A model generated the notes under the pieces. That model searched no databases. It was given only the letters and a program-made list of their open reading frames with translations, and was not told where the DNA came from. Of a stretch of 64,000 nt of DNA, positions 1 through 9,897 are shown in pieces; the stretch's first letter is position 1; every line of letters starts with the position of its first letter. The translations under genes and the position numbers were made by a program. The stretch is from Candidatus Poribacteria bacterium (GTDB lineage Bacteria; Poribacteria; WGA-4E; WGA-3G), in the NCBI GenBank assembly GCA_963422705.1, contig OY730443.1, positions 2,697,327 through 2,761,326 on the forward strand, given 5' to 3'.

Positions 1-3000
1 CCCATCAACCCACGAACCGTTGGTAACGAAGGCGATTACCCCCTCTTCGCCAATTCTGTCGCTTGCCCACCGGAGTGCCAGTTTGTAGGTGTCGTAGAGG
101 CTCCCTTTATATGTCGCTAGAGACGATTTGGCATAGGTGTCCCGGATGCGTTTTTCAAGCGCCGGATAGTCCACGTTAGGGTTGTCATCGGCAGCACTCC
201 TCTGCCCAACGGACCACGGTGGGTTACCGACGATGACACGGATGCCCCGTTCCTGTTGGTTTTCGGTGCGTTTGTTGTTATCCATCAGCCAGAGCAGGGG
301 TTCTGTCTCTCTGTCCGGGGTTGGTGTTGTGTTGAGCGTGAAAGTATCGGTGAGGGCGATGCCGTTGAACAGTTCGTGCCGTGTGTCTTCAGGGCACCTG
401 CTGCGGAAGGCTTCGGCGATATTGATGGCGGCGATGTAATAAGCGAGGAGTACGATTTCGTTGGCGTGTAGTTCATGCCGGTATTTCCGTTCCACGTCCG
501 CGGGCGCGATGAGTTCAGATTGGAGCAGGCGCGCCAGAAAGGTGCCGACACCGGCGAACGGCTCTAGCACATGAACACCTTCACCGGAGATGCTTCGTCC
601 GAATTCATCGGTGAGCACGTCGTCGGCGCTTTTCAAAATGAAGTCGACGATGTCAACCGGCGTGTAGACGATACCGAGTCGTTCCGCCTCTTGTTTCAGC
701 GCCGTGGCGAAAAATTTCTCGTAGAGTTCCAACAGCACGCGCTGTTTCCCCGCGCTGTTATCGATGCCGCGGGCGCGCATGCGGACGCTGTCGTAAAAGC
801 CTTCCAAGTCCCGCGTCTCGTCTAAGAGTCCGAATTCGGCGAAATCGGCCCGGAGCGTGTCCAGCGCTATCGCCACCGGGTTGCTAGAGGCGAATACGTC
901 ATTCTCAAAGAGTGCGTCGAAAACGGGGTTTGTGATGATATGCTGCGCCATCATATCGATGGCGTCGCCGCGCGTGATAGCGCCATTTATCGCGCGTTTG
1001 AGTTCGGTATGGAACGCGTCAAACCATTCTTGCAGCGCCGTGTTTGCTGGATGTCGCAGTAATCCCTCAATGCGTGCGACGACGCGCAAGAAAATATCGG
1101 CGACGTCCTTCGCCCAGCTCTCCCAATATTTTCTATCGCCGCACTGTTCCACGATTTGCGCGAAGATAGCGTCCGCGGGGATATCCAGCGGCAACGTCAG
1201 CTGTGAGGAAAACGCCGCATCACCGTTAAACTCGCCCTTAAACTCGCCCTCAAAGATGATGCGTTGGGTGGGCGTCGTGTTAATATCGATGCTGTTGATT
1301 TCCGCGTTGAGTCTATCGTCGTGTGAACGGAGGGCGCGGAGCACATTCCACACAGATTTGAAGCGTTCGGTATCATTGAGGATTTGGGACGGTTCGGCGC
1401 CCTCCGGTATCGCCACAGGCAGGATAATGTACCCATAACTCTTCCCCGGCGATTTGCGCATCACGCGTCCTACCGCCTGCACGATATCGACGTATGAGTT
1501 CCGCGGCGTCATGAAAAGCACCGCGTCGAGGGCAGGGACGTCGATACCTTCGGAGAGACACCGGGCGTTTGAGAGGATGCGGCAGACGTCATCGCCACCA
1601 CCTTTCAACCATTCAATCCGTTTTTTTCGTAAGAGCGCATTATCTTTGCCGTCAACGTGTTCGGTTTGGCACTCAAACGGCGCCACTGTTTGCGTGTCGG
1701 GCAGCCGCTGTAGCGCGCTATCGATAACACCGTTCCAATGTTTGACAAGGCTTTTCGACGCGGCGATGGTATTGGAGAACGCGATGGCACGCGTCAACGG
1801 CTGCCTATCGGTATCAGATTTTCTTTCAGGGTTTTGTAGCGCCCGCCAGCACCCCACAATTTTTGTCGCGTCGCTAATGTTAATCTCCCCGCCACCCGCG
1901 GCGATGTATTTCTGCAGTACGGGGCCCACCCCTTGCTCCGACATCGCGAGCACAACTACCTTGTAGTAAGAGAGTAAGTCCTGCTCAACCGCGCGCGAGA
2001 AGGGCAGCCGGTGAAATTCTGCCCCGTAGGTAGCCGCATCGTCCATCGAATAAACGTCTCTCTCATGCCGCGCTGCCTTCGCTTTGGCCCCGGCGGTATA
2101 GAGGCGGGATGTCGCCGTCATGTATAGGCGTCTCTTTGCGTGAATGCGCGCCGCATCGTGGATGAGCACGAACGGCGAGGTGGTATCGTCCGGGGCTTCG
2201 ACACCCGTGGTGCGATGCGCTTCATCACACAGCACGATATCAAACGGCGGCGCCCCCTCTTTTTGCGCGGTTTCCACAATCGGCAGCGACTGATAGGTGC
2301 AGAAAACCACCCGCATATTATCGGCATCCGGTTGCTGTAGCGCCGCGGAGATGTCGCCCACAGCTGTCGTCACAGGGAGTTCGAGTTCGAGGAAGGATGC
2401 ATCTTCAGCGGTTTTGCCCGCCTTTGTATCAGAGCAGATACCGATGTATCGGTGCGGTATCGCCTGCTGCTCCGCCCATTCGCGCATCGCTTGCGAAAAG
2501 AGCCCAATAGACGGCACAAGATAGAGCACGCGCCCGCCGACACCGGCGAGATGTTCGGCGATGCGGAGTGCCGTGAAGGTTTTCCCCGTGCCACACGCCA
2601 TCAGCAGTTTACCACGCGCAGCGGTTTTGAACCCGTGAACCACATCGTCAAACGCCTCCCGCTGATGCGTCCGGAGGCGGAACGTCTCGTGTCGATACGC
2701 CAGCTGTTCAGGCGCTTGACGACTGAGTTCCGGCCAGGTTACCGGGCGGCTGGCGAGTTCCGCGGCACTGATGCGTTGACATGCCGGGCGCAGCCCATCC
2801 AGCGTTTTACGCACATTCGCGCTCCAGGTATCGCTCGTATCCACGAAGATGCGCGCGGTAAACGGCTCCCGCGCCGACGCGGCGATAAAGGTGTCGACAG
2901 CAGCCTTCGTAATACGCGTATTTTCCGCATAACATTTGCATTGGATGGCGCAGTAGCCACCGGCGCGTTCTTCGGCGACAATGTCGATACCGGTATCAAC

Positions 3001-3237
3001 CGCGTCAAACTCCGGCCGGCGTTCCGCCCAGTCCGCCCAGAGATACACCGCCGAAAAGCGGTTCTTGTAGAACGCATCTTCGAGAAGATAGCTTTGTATC
3101 AACCGCTCAAACAGTCTCCCCTTTCCGTATTCGGTATCCGCATGCTCACGAATGTAAGTGAGCGCCCTGTTAAATCCGTTATCCGGTTCCGCCGTTTCGC
3201 TTCCCAATTCGAGATAAGCTTGTGTCACTTCTGACAT
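1..3237 (-). CDS. Type ISP restriction-modification enzyme (Mrr-like nuclease + SF2 helicase + N6-adenine methyltransferase), truncated by the window edge
   Basis: Manual translation from ATG 3237 (MSEVTQAYLE...). Same frame at all positions checked: DTGIDIV..AIQCK nuclease motif, MACGTGKT Walker A, DEAH, GIVYTPVDIVDFI, LEPFAGVGTF (motif I), IVGNPPW (motif IV). Absent from the ORF track because there is no stop codon inside the window. Confidence 0.92.
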   Translation of the reverse strand, partial: MSEVTQAYLELGSETAEPDNGFNRALTYIREHADTEYGKGRLFERLIQSYLLEDAFYKNRFSAVYLWADWAERRPEFDAVDTGIDIVAEERAGGYCAIQCKCYAENTRITKAAVDTFIAASAREPFTARIFVDTSDTWSANVRKTLDGLRPACQRISAAELASRPVTWPELSRQAPEQLAYRHETFRLRTHQREAFDDVVHGFKTAARGKLLMACGTGKTFTALRIAEHLAGVGGRVLYLVPSIGLFSQAMREWAEQQAIPHRYIGICSDTKAGKTAEDASFLELELPVTTAVGDISAALQQPDADNMRVVFCTYQSLPIVETAQKEGAPPFDIVLCDEAHRTTGVEAPDDTTSPFVLIHDAARIHAKRRLYMTATSRLYTAGAKAKAARHERDVYSMDDAATYGAEFHRLPFSRAVEQDLLSYYKVVVLAMSEQGVGPVLQKYIAAGGGEINISDATKIVGCWRALQNPERKSDTDRQPLTRAIAFSNTIAASKSLVKHWNGVIDSALQRLPDTQTVAPFECQTEHVDGKDNALLRKKRIEWLKGGGDDVCRILSNARCLSEGIDVPALDAVLFMTPRNSYVDIVQAVGRVMRKSPGKSYGYIILPVAIPEGAEPSQILNDTERFKSVWNVLRALRSHDDRLNAEINSIDINTTPTQRIIFEGEFKGEFNGDAAFSSQLTLPLDIPADAIFAQIVEQCGDRKYWESWAKDVADIFLRVVARIEGLLRHPANTALQEWFDAFHTELKRAINGAITRGDAIDMMAQHIITNPVFDALFENDVFASSNPVAIALDTLRADFAEFGLLDETRDLEGFYDSVRMRARGIDNSAGKQRVLLELYEKFFATALKQEAERLGIVYTPVDIVDFILKSADDVLTDEFGRSISGEGVHVLEPFAGVGTFLARLLQSELIAPADVERKYRHELHANEIVLLAYYIAAINIAEAFRSRCPEDTRHELFNGIALTDTFTLNTTPTPDRETEPLLWLMDNNKRTENQQERGIRVIVGNPPWSVGQRSAADDNPNVDYPALEKRIRDTYAKSSLATYKGSLYDTYKLALRWASDRIGEEGVIAFVTNGSWVDG

Positions 3238-3392
3238 ATCGGTTTCCAATTCACGTTCAGCTGTTTATGATGATGATGATGATTGAGTTGATTCAGCGTC
3301 CACATTGCGGACAGGTTTGAGACGTATATGCCTCGTCTATCTGCGCAACCTGAATACCGCAGACTTTGGCTTTATAGGTTATCAAGAACGTT

Positions 3393-3438
3393 CCTTTACG
3401 AAATGCTGTACTGAACCTTTACCAAATGCTGTACTGAA
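3393..3438. repeat. 23-bp tandem direct repeat upstream of the R-M gene
   Basis: cctttacgaaatgctgtactgaa followed directly by cctttaccaaatgctgtactgaa (1 mismatch). Confidence 0.85.
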
Positions 3439-3572
3439 AATGGCAAATGCCTTAATCTCACGGGCATGCACTTTGAAATCCAACTCGGTTTGTTTATTTT
3501 ACTTTCTGTAATATCGTATCACATATTTTTGAGATAGTGCCAAATATTTTTGATAAAAAAGCAGGAGTTAGC

Positions 3573-3623
3573 CGGGGTGGCCCCGAAGCCTAAAGGCTTC
3601 GGATTGTTAGAGAATTCCCTTCA
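3573..3623. repeat. Dispersed ~50-bp hairpin repeat with TAAA loop, copy 1
   Basis: ccgaagcc-TAAA-ggcttcgg hairpin plus gattgttagagaattcccttca tail; related copy at 17843-17892. Confidence 0.7.
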
Positions 3624-3652
3624 GCAACAAAATGTCAAACGCAATAAACCTT

Positions 3653-3681
3653 TTGACAGAAAACTGCATGCATGCTAATAT
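3653..3681 (+). promoter_or_regulatory. sigma70-type promoter
   Basis: TTGACA-17bp-TAATAT with upstream TG, ahead of RBS gaggag and ATG 3709. Confidence 0.6.
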
Positions 3682-3708
3682 ACCTCAAAAACGCCTTGAG
3701 GAGAGAAA

Positions 3709-4479
3709 ATGTTACCCATCTGTTATGACATTTATGTTGGCACCTTAGGCAGATTTACCCGCGCTGAGATTTTCTCACTTGTGGGTGAAGCGGGATATGA
3801 AGGCATCAATATCCCTGTGAATTCCGCGTTTCTCGGCGAATTCTCACCCGCAGAAATAGAAGATGCAGTAACCCTTGCTGAGAAACACAATCTGAGCGTG
3901 CCGACAATCGGTTTTGGCAACCACATCTTGACAACCCCATCCCGAAAAACCGCGGCATTGCAACACTTTGAAATTGTACTGGATGTCGCCCGTCGTTTTG
4001 ATGCAGAAATCATTGGGGTATGGGTAAACCCACCGGAGAACGCCTCTCGAGAGGCAGCGCTGGAAACCCTCACCGAGAACCTGTCGGACATGATAGCGCC
4101 GTGCGAAGCACATGGCATGAAAATCGCGCTTGAGTTTGAGAAGGGATGCCCACTTGATAACTACAGAGACGGCGTTGCGTTTATCGAGCAGACAGGATTG
4201 CCTGTCTATTTGACATGCGATACGTATCACCTTTTCAACGATGGCGCAGCGCCACATGTGGCGGCGCATGCGATGAAGGGATGCTTGGGCGATGTGCATG
4301 TCTCCGGCAGCAATCGTGGGGAACCTGGGGGCGGGGTTTTCGATTTTAAAGCGTTCGCACAAGGATTAAAAGAAATCGGCTTTGAAGGGCCGCTCGTTGT
4401 CCAATACAAGATGGAAGATGTCGCAAGCATCGCACGCAGCTGCGAGTTTACCAAACAATTTCGGGAAATGATACAGTAA
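3709..4479 (+). CDS. Sugar phosphate isomerase/epimerase (xylose isomerase-like TIM barrel)
   Basis: Metal-site motifs IALEFE, CDTYH, DVHVSGSNRGEPG, GFEGPLVV; RBS present. Confidence 0.85.
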   Translation: MLPICYDIYVGTLGRFTRAEIFSLVGEAGYEGINIPVNSAFLGEFSPAEIEDAVTLAEKHNLSVPTIGFGNHILTTPSRKTAALQHFEIVLDVARRFDAEIIGVWVNPPENASREAALETLTENLSDMIAPCEAHGMKIALEFEKGCPLDNYRDGVAFIEQTGLPVYLTCDTYHLFNDGAAPHVAAHAMKGCLGDVHVSGSNRGEPGGGVFDFKAFAQGLKEIGFEGPLVVQYKMEDVASIARSCEFTKQFREMIQ

Positions 4480-4505
4480 CCTCAAAAGAATGGAGGACAC
4501 GATAC

Positions 4506-5609
4506 ATGGAACAACGGATTTTTGGGTATTTAATTGTCATCATGATGTTGTCAATTGGAAACAGTTATGCACACGTGGTAGAACATTCACCGAGAGGGAA
4601 CTTCCAATTCGTAGCGCATCACGAAAACATAGCAATGAAGGTGAGCGGGCAGGGCACCCTGAAGTTCAAAGTGTTATATACGCGGAACCACTTTCCGGAA
4701 AATGTCGTTTCCGCGATAGATAAGGCACATGGCGGGTTTGATGTAGACAGGCGTCCTGGAAAAGGTGAAACCTATTTTGCTTTGCCCGGCGTCGGTATCA
4801 TCCAAATCAGCGCGGAGCTCAAAACGACGAAGTTGATAGAAACACCGCCGTCTTTAAAACAAGCCAACGCGCACTATACCACCGTCTGGACTGCCCCGGA
4901 TGGGAGCGCTTATCTCTCTTTTCCCGCAAATGATGTCGGAAAGGTGTTTACAACAACATTGGGTGGGAAGCTGGTGCATACGTTAGAAGCGCCGGACGCG
5001 ATGACAGATTTTCAGCATCAAGGCGTCAATACCTATTTTAGTGAAGGCGGGAAATTCGTGCCTACCGGCGTAACACACGTCAACGGAATGCTCTACGTGA
5101 CTACGGGTTATTCTGATTTAGATTACATTTTAGGCGCCAAGATTACGAACTTCGCGCCCTTTGAAGCAAATTGGCACCCAGTAGCCTTCGGTGGCAAAGG
5201 GACAGAACCCGGGCAATTCGGAACGGGGCATCATATTACAGTCCCTTATGGCACGGAACGATTGGACATTGCCGACAGGGCAAACGCGGAAGTAGAACGT
5301 TACTCAGCAGATGGTACCTATTTAGAGACACTATCCCTCATCAAGGGTTGCTTTCCATGCAGCATTGACTACGAAGCTGGATACGCTGTCGTTGCCTGCC
5401 TCTATGGGCCCAATCGGGAAAAAGGGGCACCCCTCTACATCTTAGAAGGGAACAATTTAGTATCAACCGTGATGCTGAAGGAAGAACTGGGGCTGGACAC
5501 CTTCCACCATTTGCACGGCGCTGTGCTTCGGAAGATTCATGGCAAATTTTACATCATCGTGCAATCCTGGAACCCCGGTGATATTGTCATTTTAGAGCAA
5601 GTGCAATAG
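4506..5609 (+). CDS. Secreted NHL-repeat/beta-propeller-like protein
   Basis: Signal peptide; FGGKGTEPGQFGTGHHI and LDIADRANAEVERY resemble NHL repeats. Confidence 0.65.
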   Translation: MEQRIFGYLIVIMMLSIGNSYAHVVEHSPRGNFQFVAHHENIAMKVSGQGTLKFKVLYTRNHFPENVVSAIDKAHGGFDVDRRPGKGETYFALPGVGIIQISAELKTTKLIETPPSLKQANAHYTTVWTAPDGSAYLSFPANDVGKVFTTTLGGKLVHTLEAPDAMTDFQHQGVNTYFSEGGKFVPTGVTHVNGMLYVTTGYSDLDYILGAKITNFAPFEANWHPVAFGGKGTEPGQFGTGHHITVPYGTERLDIADRANAEVERYSADGTYLETLSLIKGCFPCSIDYEAGYAVVACLYGPNREKGAPLYILEGNNLVSTVMLKEELGLDTFHHLHGAVLRKIHGKFYIIVQSWNPGDIVILEQVQ

Positions 5610-5778
5610 TTCCGTAACCACTCATGACTGGAAATCAGCACACGTTCGCTGAGATAACCTCTCTCCTCACATGACTTAAGAAACGGAGATAAGGGAACGG
5701 GAGCGGTAGGTTTTGCACGGCGCTCCCTCGCAGTTTTGACAGTGCGATAATTGTCGTTTATCCGTAAAACCTACATCC

Positions 5779-7440
5779 TCAAGGATTAACAGATAACGCC
5801 TTGAGCCTATTGTCCCGCGGTACATATAGATAAGCATCACGTCCCGTGAAATACTGCTTATACACCGCTTTCCAATCGCTATTGGTGAGCTTCCACTGTT
5901 TTGACGGGCCCAATTTAAAATAGACGATATCTGCCTCATCAAGCTTCTGAAACGGATAGTCCCCAATTGGCGCATCGCGGGATGCTGATATAAATATGAC
6001 GGCGTTGTGGATGTTCTGCTCATCGACAATTGATGGCAGTTTTTGATAGATAGGACTCCAATTCTGATACACTTTTCCGATACGCACATAACTCCACACG
6101 GTATTAACGCTGAGGAGAAGCAGCAATACACTCACTGCAAGCGTGATGGGTTGTAGGAAATTCTTGTCAGACGGTTGCATCAGGCGTTTCAGCTTTCCGT
6201 AAACGAGAACCATTCCGCGCGCCACTAACGGAATGAAACCGAGTAGCGTCGATTCTGTGTAATAGCGAGCATTTACGGGGGTAAAGCCCCATGTTGAACC
6301 TTCAAAGTAGAAAAAGGCATAGAGCAGTAGATTCCCTAACAAGAGTGCAAGGCAGAACCAATCGTACCTATGACGCGAAACGTGGAAAAAAGGCACGAAC
6401 ACGAGTCCCCACGGTATCATCAACGGCACAAAGGCGATAAACCACCCTAACGATAGATTAACCTCTTTGAGCAGCATCGGGTGGTAACTCCCCCAACCGA
6501 GCGCGTTGAAACTGATGCACGGTAGAATGTGGCGCCACGTCCGCTCAATTGCCCAGGCAGGCGTAAAAATAGACGCGTTTTCAAGTGCTGGTTCGTAACC
6601 TTCGGTGCGTTTGCCGAATCCGATTTTGTCGTAAGGCTGCGCGACGGTATGGGTAAATGTGAACGGCTCTTCCGTAAAATGGGTATTCCATGCCAGGCAT
6701 ACCCCAACCATCGCAAGAAACGGGATGAAGAAAAGTCCCAATCGAACCACTAATCTTGAGGGTGCAGGCGTGACATCCAATTCATCGTTTTTCCCCCGAC
6801 GACATGCAACAAGAAGCCGGTACAACGTCAAACCGGCAGAGACAATACCGAACACGATGGCGGAAAGCGGGCGCGTGTTAAACGCATACCCCAAAGCAAA
6901 ACCGGAGAGCAGTGGATAGCCGATGCCCCCCTTTCCATTCAACGTCCGCAGGAGCGTGAATAGATGGAGAGAAAGGTAAAAGCAACTCACCGGTTCGCTA
7001 AACCAAGTAGAACCCATACCGAGCGTTGCAGGCGAAATAAGCCCAATTACGGCGGCGATGAGTGCAACCGATTTCCCATGCATTTCCGTGACGATGTGGT
7101 AAAGCAAAAAGAGTGTGCCACCCATCGCTAAGGCAGGAATTATCCAGGGCGCATTGATAAATACACCGAAAACTAGCATCAAGGCGTTGCCGAACGGATA
7201 CTTTGAGTACCATTTGCCGTTCAGGATGTTAATATGCGGTGAAGAGGAAAATCCATGCTCCGGCGGTGCCGGCACCGAGATTTTGCCGTCTGCGAATAAT
7301 TTCGCCTGAAATAGGTACGAGACAGTATCTGGCTCAAAGTAGGAAAATTGGAAATAGACACCGCTCAAAAGCACCGATAACAGCACACCAAGTATAGATA
7401 TAATGAGTATAGGTTTATCAACTTTCATATTTTTATCCAT
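5779..7440 (-). CDS. Polytopic membrane GT-C-fold glycosyltransferase (ArnT/PMT-like)
   Basis: EPDTVSYLFQAK acidic loop after TM1, SKYPFG, many TM helices, NTRPL and ARYYTE motifs. Confidence 0.7.
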   Translation of the reverse strand: MDKNMKVDKPILIISILGVLLSVLLSGVYFQFSYFEPDTVSYLFQAKLFADGKISVPAPPEHGFSSSPHINILNGKWYSKYPFGNALMLVFGVFINAPWIIPALAMGGTLFLLYHIVTEMHGKSVALIAAVIGLISPATLGMGSTWFSEPVSCFYLSLHLFTLLRTLNGKGGIGYPLLSGFALGYAFNTRPLSAIVFGIVSAGLTLYRLLVACRRGKNDELDVTPAPSRLVVRLGLFFIPFLAMVGVCLAWNTHFTEEPFTFTHTVAQPYDKIGFGKRTEGYEPALENASIFTPAWAIERTWRHILPCISFNALGWGSYHPMLLKEVNLSLGWFIAFVPLMIPWGLVFVPFFHVSRHRYDWFCLALLLGNLLLYAFFYFEGSTWGFTPVNARYYTESTLLGFIPLVARGMVLVYGKLKRLMQPSDKNFLQPITLAVSVLLLLLSVNTVWSYVRIGKVYQNWSPIYQKLPSIVDEQNIHNAVIFISASRDAPIGDYPFQKLDEADIVYFKLGPSKQWKLTNSDWKAVYKQYFTGRDAYLYVPRDNRLKALSVNP

Positions 7441-7559
7441 CGCGATGATGAGGACGGTTTGGCCATTTTTATCGCCTGTTCACCTGGCGATGTTTATCCG
7501 TGCGCTGCAGAGACGTTTTGACAAGTAACGTTGTAACCCGTGTTCAGCCCACGTCCACC

Positions 7560-9497
7560 TCAAATCCAACTGTACACGGCGGAGCGCAAGGCTAAACTCA
7601 GCAAGGGCCAGAAACACCCTATCAACGCCTCCCCTAATACCAAGCCGATGAAAAATGGCACTGCCCGGCGATACGCATTGATACCGCCATGGCGCAGGAT
7701 AAGCCATTTCGTTATCATCGCGAGAAAGAGCGGGAACCAGATTACGTCCGTGGTACCCGGCGCCACGCCGATGACATATCCCGCAGGATGCAAGGGACAC
7801 CACACAAAACGCGAGCGCAAAAACATAATACCCAAATTCGCAGCAAATGCTATGCCGAGCACCGATGTCGCTAGCCAATCCGTCGGTTTCGGACTGACTA
7901 ACCACGACGAGAGGAAGTTATACGTATCCGCACCACCGGCGTGTATCTGCTCCGAGCCCGCCGCGACACCCTCCTTGTAAATTGCATACGGATAGAGAAT
8001 CAGGCTGGACAGAATTCCCACAAGACTCGCAATCACCAACACAATAAACATCGTCCGGTTCCGGATGCCACTCCGTTCCGCCAGCTTGAACGCCTCCAAC
8101 TGTTCAGGCATCGGGTGTGTCCGGAAGGACGCATAACTCGCACCGCTCAGCCAATTCAGCAAGGATAGCATTGTGAGATTCCCCGTTCTAAGTCGTTGTG
8201 TACCGAGTAACGAAATCATCATATATTGTGGCGTGAGATACCCAATGGCATGCATCGGTGGCCCCAATTCCGCGCGCATCCGTGTCAATCCCACGACAAT
8301 CATCAAGTAGATGCTGATGAAAATCGCGAATGCCCATAGGGACATCCCACCACGGATACAGAATATCATCAGCAAAAGTAGACTTATCCCTAATACGATT
8401 ACCGCGCTGCGGTGAGAAATCGCTTCGGTTCGTGATGCCTCGCGATTCGGACGAAGAAACTGCGATAATACGGAGGCGAAATGGTGTCGCGCATGCCAAC
8501 ACGCAACCGCAAGCAGCGCCAGTAATGCCCCAGCGCCCTGCTCCCCCAAAAACGGGTAGCCCCGCAACGTAGCGACACCTATCATGCTACCAAATAGCAG
8601 CTGCGCCTTTTTCATAAAATAGAAAAAGGTACATGAAAACGCTAAATCCAACGGGAGAATAAACGAAAAGCCTATCAGATACGGATGAAACCGGAGCGGC
8701 ATGCTCCCTATCGCATTCCACGGCTTCTGCGTGAAGTAGATGTCGAGATTATACTTCCTCACCGGAATTTCTGGCAGCACCGGGAAAAAAAACTGTAACC
8801 CATTGAGCAGATTTATCCCAGCCGCTATCCCCAAACCGAGCCACAGCAAACGATTCCTGAAAACCGCGCGGCCCGCTGTAATCTCCAACGGAATTTGGAT
8901 AATCGGATACGCCAACTTCTCCTTCTCAATCCACTGCTTACGGATAAGGGACGTAAGACATAAGAAGATGAGCATCAATAGGAAAATCACCGCTGTCCAG
9001 GATAAGATTGGCACAACCCAATACTGCACATACCCCTCAGTAAAGAAGTTCACCTTGCCTTCGTAGAAAGCGTTAACGGTTTTCGTGTGTTTGACGACGA
9101 GCCATTCCGGCAAGTGATGGAAAAGCAGTGCCTCCCAATCATTTTCGGGCGTAGCGAACCGAAACGCATAAGGGATTAGCCCCATCAGGCGCGGAATACA
9201 ATCATGTCCTGAAAAGGCACTCCCCACAGCTAGCATCGCGTAAACAACAAGCTTGTCACGTTGCCGGAGCGCCGCGCGCGGGAAAACACTTTGGACACCT
9301 AGGTTCAGCAGCGTAATTAACAAAATGCCGAACATCACATTTACAGACATCGCAACCGTTGTCAGATGGGCAGTGTGCCAAATCATCTCTACATAGGCTA
9401 TCCAGTAACTATTGGCAATAATCAGCATCGCACCAATGAATACTGCCCGTTTTGCAATGGATTGTTCAGTCTGAATGGTGGGAACGGATTTTTCCAT
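7560..9497 (-). CDS. Large polytopic membrane protein (DUF6785/DUF6784-like, putative transporter)
   Basis: Many TM segments; RKQWIEKEKLAYPI, RMRAELGPP, WCPLHPAGY motifs. Start uncertain (9497 or 9563). Confidence 0.65.
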   Translation of the reverse strand: MEKSVPTIQTEQSIAKRAVFIGAMLIIANSYWIAYVEMIWHTAHLTTVAMSVNVMFGILLITLLNLGVQSVFPRAALRQRDKLVVYAMLAVGSAFSGHDCIPRLMGLIPYAFRFATPENDWEALLFHHLPEWLVVKHTKTVNAFYEGKVNFFTEGYVQYWVVPILSWTAVIFLLMLIFLCLTSLIRKQWIEKEKLAYPIIQIPLEITAGRAVFRNRLLWLGLGIAAGINLLNGLQFFFPVLPEIPVRKYNLDIYFTQKPWNAIGSMPLRFHPYLIGFSFILPLDLAFSCTFFYFMKKAQLLFGSMIGVATLRGYPFLGEQGAGALLALLAVACWHARHHFASVLSQFLRPNREASRTEAISHRSAVIVLGISLLLLMIFCIRGGMSLWAFAIFISIYLMIVVGLTRMRAELGPPMHAIGYLTPQYMMISLLGTQRLRTGNLTMLSLLNWLSGASYASFRTHPMPEQLEAFKLAERSGIRNRTMFIVLVIASLVGILSSLILYPYAIYKEGVAAGSEQIHAGGADTYNFLSSWLVSPKPTDWLATSVLGIAFAANLGIMFLRSRFVWCPLHPAGYVIGVAPGTTDVIWFPLFLAMITKWLILRHGGINAYRRAVPFFIGLVLGEALIGCFWPLLSLALRSAVYSWI

Positions 9498-9820
9498 GGA
9501 ATTGAAAAACAGTCTACTGGGTACAAGTTGCGAGCTGGAAATCGCTGCTGAGACGCTTTCCAAGCGTGTGACGATGACAATTGCAAATACTCAACTTGTT
9601 CGAGAAATCTTGGCAGGAATTCAACCTGAATTCGCGTAGAATTTTCTATGAAAAACAGAGGTAGCTTGCTAATTTGCGGTAATTTTTCCTATAAATATGG
9701 TATCATTAAAATAAAAGGATGTCAAAGGGGAACCAGAGTAGCGCGTTCTATTTCAACCATGCCCCCGGCGAAATCAAAAGTCCGAGGTTCACGTCAATTG
9801 AAACAGATTTGAGCACCGAT

Positions 9821-9840
9821 AAAAAACCCCGAAAGGGGTT
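9821..9840 (-). terminator. Putative intrinsic terminator hairpin overlapping the dnaN -35 box
   Basis: aacccc-gaaa-ggggtt hairpin preceded by an A-run (T-tail on the minus strand). Confidence 0.4.
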
Positions 9841-9868
9841 GACAACTACGTGCTATTTAGGGTATAAT
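9839..9868 (+). promoter_or_regulatory. Consensus sigma70 promoter for the dnaN pair
   Basis: TTGACA-18bp-TATAAT. Confidence 0.8.
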
Positions 9869-9897
9869 CTGATAATCATTAATAGGAGAATTTGAGA

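Noticed and set aside
182-3234. Many plus-strand and short minus-strand ORFs
   Set aside because: Shadows of the long minus-strand Type ISP frame.
9564-9897. oriC next to dnaN
   Set aside because: No dnaA, and no TTATCCACA-type boxes seen.
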